From: an uncultured Actinomycetota bacterium
Lineage (GTDB): Bacteria; Actinomycetota; Actinomycetes; Propionibacteriales; Nocardioidaceae
Assembly (NCBI GenBank): GCA_963723255.1
Contig: CAVRQA010000012.1
Location: 33,555 to 97,554, forward strand
Direction: 5' to 3'
Length of the DNA stretch: 64,000 bases
In this document: piece after piece, positions 61,253-64,000 of the stretch
Position numbering within the stretch: the stretch's first letter is position 1
Layout of the letters: each line of letters begins with the position of its first letter
Position numbers and translations under genes: made by a program
Notes under the pieces: model-generated
The model's input: the letters and a program-made list of their open reading frames with translations, nothing else
Told to the model about the DNA's origin: nothing
The model's database searches: none

Positions 61253-62855
61253 GTGCTGCGCCTGCCCGCGATCGCCGCCGCCGTCCTCGTCGGCGTGGGA
61301 CTGCTGAGCGCGCCCGGGGACGACGCAGCCGCCCGCAGCAGCGGCCGTGGAGCCGATCACGTGGAAGACCTGCGCCGACCCCGAGCTGGGCTACCTGGGT
61401 CTCCAGTGCGGCACGCTGATGGTGCCTCGCGACCACGCGAAGCCGGACGGCGTGAAGATCAAGCTGGCCCTCACCCGCAGGCAGCACACCACCTCCACGT
61501 ACCGGGGCGTCCTGCTGGTCAACCCCGGTGGGCCGGGCGGCTCCGGGCTGTCGATGCCGGCGATCAGCGACTACGTGCCGGGCAGCGTGGCAGCGAGCTT
61601 CGACTGGATCGGCTTCGACCCGCGGGGGGTCGGAGCGAGCAGTCCCGCGCTGCGCTGCTCGCGCCGCTACTTCACCTACAACCGGCCCAACTACGTGCCG
61701 CGGGCACAGCGGCTCTACCGCTACTGGCTGGCCCACAGCCGGGCGTACTCGAACGCCTGCGCCAGCACGCCCGCCAAGCGAGCGCTGCTGCGACACCTGA
61801 CGACGCTCGACACGGTGCGCGACATGGAGCTCATCCGCGAGGCGCTGGGGGCGGAGAAGATCAGCTACTACGGGTTCTCCTACGGCACCTACCTCGGCCA
61901 GGTCTACGCGACGCGGTACCCCACGCGCGTCAGGCGCCTCGTGCTCGACGGCGTGGTCAACCCGCGGCGGGTCTGGTACTCCGCCAACTTCGACCAGGAC
62001 ATCGCCTTCGACCGCAACATGAACGTCTACTGGCAGTACCTCGCCCGGCACCCGCGCTCCTTCCACCTGGGCAAGCGCTGGCGGGCGATCAAGCGGGGCT
62101 ACTACCGCCAGCTGCGGCTGCTCGACAGGCGCCCGGCCGCCGGCGGGCGGCTCGGGCCTGACGAGCTGGCCGACGCGATGCTCGACGCCGGCTACTACGT
62201 CTACAACTGGGTCGAGATCGGGCAGGCCTACTCCGAGCTGGTGCGCAAGCGACGTGGGGGCACCCTTGCGGCGATGTACCGCGACACCAACATGGGCGAC
62301 GACAACGGCTTCGCGATCTACAGCGCCGTCCAGTGCAGCGACATGGCCTGGCCCGACTTCCAGCGCACCCGCGCGCGCAGCTGGTCGGTGCACCGGCGGG
62401 CGCCGTTCCTGACCTGGGGGAACACCTGGTACAACGCGCCGTGCCTGAGCTGGAAGGCCCCCGCGCACCGCCGTTTGGCAGTCTCGGGGAGGGCCCTGAC
62501 CTCGAAGGTCCTGCTGATCAGCGAGACCCGCGACGCGGCCACGCCGTACTCCGGCGCCATCATGACTCGACGGCTGTTCCCGACGGCCTCCCTGGTCGCA
62601 GGGATCGGCGGCACCACGCACGCCAGCTCGCTCGCGGGCGTGCCGTGCGTCGACAACGCCGTGTCGAACTACCTGCGCACCGGCATCGTGCCCCGACGGC
62701 TTCCGGGGAGCCGATCCGACCGGCGGTGCTCGCGCCTGCTCCCCCCGGAACCTTCGGGATCCTGGGGACGGACGTCCAGCGTGCGGACCAACGACGCGAT
62801 GTCGCCGTTGCTGCGCCGGGCGCTGGTCGCCGCGCAGCGGCACACCACGCGCTGA
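61253..62855 (+). CDS. Secreted TAP-like alpha/beta-hydrolase peptidase (frameshift after the signal peptide)
   Basis: Signal from GTG 61253; NPGGPGGSG, FDPRGVG, GFSYGT, LVLDG, DAATPY, H. Confidence 0.9.
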
Positions 62856-62862
62856 GCAGGCT

Positions 62863-64000
62863 TCAGGCGTGGTAGGTCCGCAGCCAGAGGGTCGACTCCG
62901 CCGCCTCCAGGCCGGCGAGGGCCGACTCGGGCAGCTCGGCTGACACGTCGGTGACGACGTAGCCCTGCTCCCCGCGGGTCGCGAGGTACTGCGCGGTGAC
63001 GTTGTCCTGGTGGTCGGCCAGCAGCTGGTTGACCGAGGCGAGCACGCCCGGCACGTTGTGGTGCAGGAGGGCGATGCGGAAGCCGCTCTCCAGCGCCGGT
63101 GCTGCGACCTCGGGCAGGTTCACCGACAGCGCCGTACCCCCGCCGTGGGCGAACGACGACAGCTTGCCGGAGACGAAGAAGCCGATCTCCTCCTGGGCCT
63201 CCTGGGTGGAGCCGCCGACGTGCGGCGTCAGGATCACGTTCGGCAGGCCGCGCAGCGCGGACTCGAAGGTGTCCCCCTGGGCCTTGGGCTCGACCGGGAA
63301 CACGTCGAGAGCAGCCCCCGCGATGTGGCCGGAGAGGATGTGCTCGCGCAGCGCGACGTCGTCGACGACCATGCCGCGCGAGGCGTTGATGAACATCGAG
63401 CGCGGCCTCATCTTCGCGAACTGCTCGGCGCCGAAGAGGCCCGCGTTGCCGGGCCGGCCGTCGACGTGGAGCGAGACCACGTCGGCCTGCTCGAGCAGCT
63501 CGTCGAGCGTCCCGACGCGACGGGCGTTGCCGTGCGCGAGGCGGTCGGCGGTGTCGAAGAAGATCACCCGGAAGCCAAGGGCCTCGGCCAGGTTGGAGAG
63601 CTGAGTCCCGATGTTGCCGTAGCCGACGATGCCGAGCGTGCGCCCCCGGACCTCGTGGCTGCCCTGCGCGGACTTGTCCCAGACCCCGTCGTGCATCCGC
63701 TGGGTCTTCTCCGGGAGCCGGCGGGCCAGCGCGATGATCTCGCCGATGACGAGCTCGACGACGCTCCTGGTGTTGGAGTACGGCGCGTTGAAGGCGGCGA
63801 TCCCGCGCCGGGCAGCGGCCTCGAGGTCGATCTGGTTGGTGCCGATGCAGAAGGCCCCGACGGCGGTCAGGTCGGTGTTGTCCAGGACCCTGTCGGTGAC
63901 CTTGGTGTTGGAGCGGATGCCGACCATGGTCATGCCCTGGAGGGCCTCGATCAGGTCGTCCTCACCCAGGGAGCCGGGGCGGGTGTGCACGATGAACCCG
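62863..64000 (-). CDS. serA: D-3-phosphoglycerate dehydrogenase (5' end outside the window)
   Basis: GIRS, GAFCIGTNQ, NAPYSNTRSV, GIVGYGNIG, INASRG, TPHVGGSTQEAQ, C-terminal ACT domain (HHNVPGVL). Confidence 0.95.
   Translation of the reverse strand, partial: GFIVHTRPGSLGEDDLIEALQGMTMVGIRSNTKVTDRVLDNTDLTAVGAFCIGTNQIDLEAAARRGIAAFNAPYSNTRSVVELVIGEIIALARRLPEKTQRMHDGVWDKSAQGSHEVRGRTLGIVGYGNIGTQLSNLAEALGFRVIFFDTADRLAHGNARRVGTLDELLEQADVVSLHVDGRPGNAGLFGAEQFAKMRPRSMFINASRGMVVDDVALREHILSGHIAGAALDVFPVEPKAQGDTFESALRGLPNVILTPHVGGSTQEAQEEIGFFVSGKLSSFAHGGGTALSVNLPEVAAPALESGFRIALLHHNVPGVLASVNQLLADHQDNVTAQYLATRGEQGYVVTDVSAELPESALAGLEAAESTLWLRTYHA

Noticed and set aside
1-64000. tRNA, rRNA, CRISPR array, IS transposase or prophage genes
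   Set aside because: No such sequence signatures were seen; intergenic gaps are short and accounted for.

Overview
GC-rich actinobacterial chromosome segment. mshB, fdxA-dapC, dapD, ychF and serA, plus the gene content, suggest Nocardioidaceae, but that assignment is inference. The assembly carries many single-base indels, so several genes appear split. The core content is: a DUF3516 helicase end, ychF, redox enzymes, the mshB-VanW-GNAT-fdxA-dapC-dapD block, a form II coxSLMG-like molybdo-hydroxylase operon converging on a LIV-type ABC operon with an embedded acyl-CoA ligase, narKGHJI with a divergent Cys-containing regulator, an FtsX-type ABC exporter, a DasR-like GntR, cutC, a TAP-like peptidase and serA. 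The standout is a ~15 kb minus-strand tandem array (4.1-19.15 kb). It holds three paralogous ~1550-1650 aa secreted PKD/beta-propeller/Ig-like proteins and a fourth copy collapsed to a 56-codon mini-gene. All four share a positionally fixed upstream cassette: a dre-like GGTCTAGTCC box, 38-39 nt, GA(A/G)GAT, a structurally conserved hairpin, then a GGGGG SD. The three long copies also share a terminator. Other signals are a degenerate duplication of the ychF 3' end flanking a cupin islet, a REP-like double palindrome at the VOC/coxS junction, and CRP-like boxes ahead of both convergent catabolic operons.
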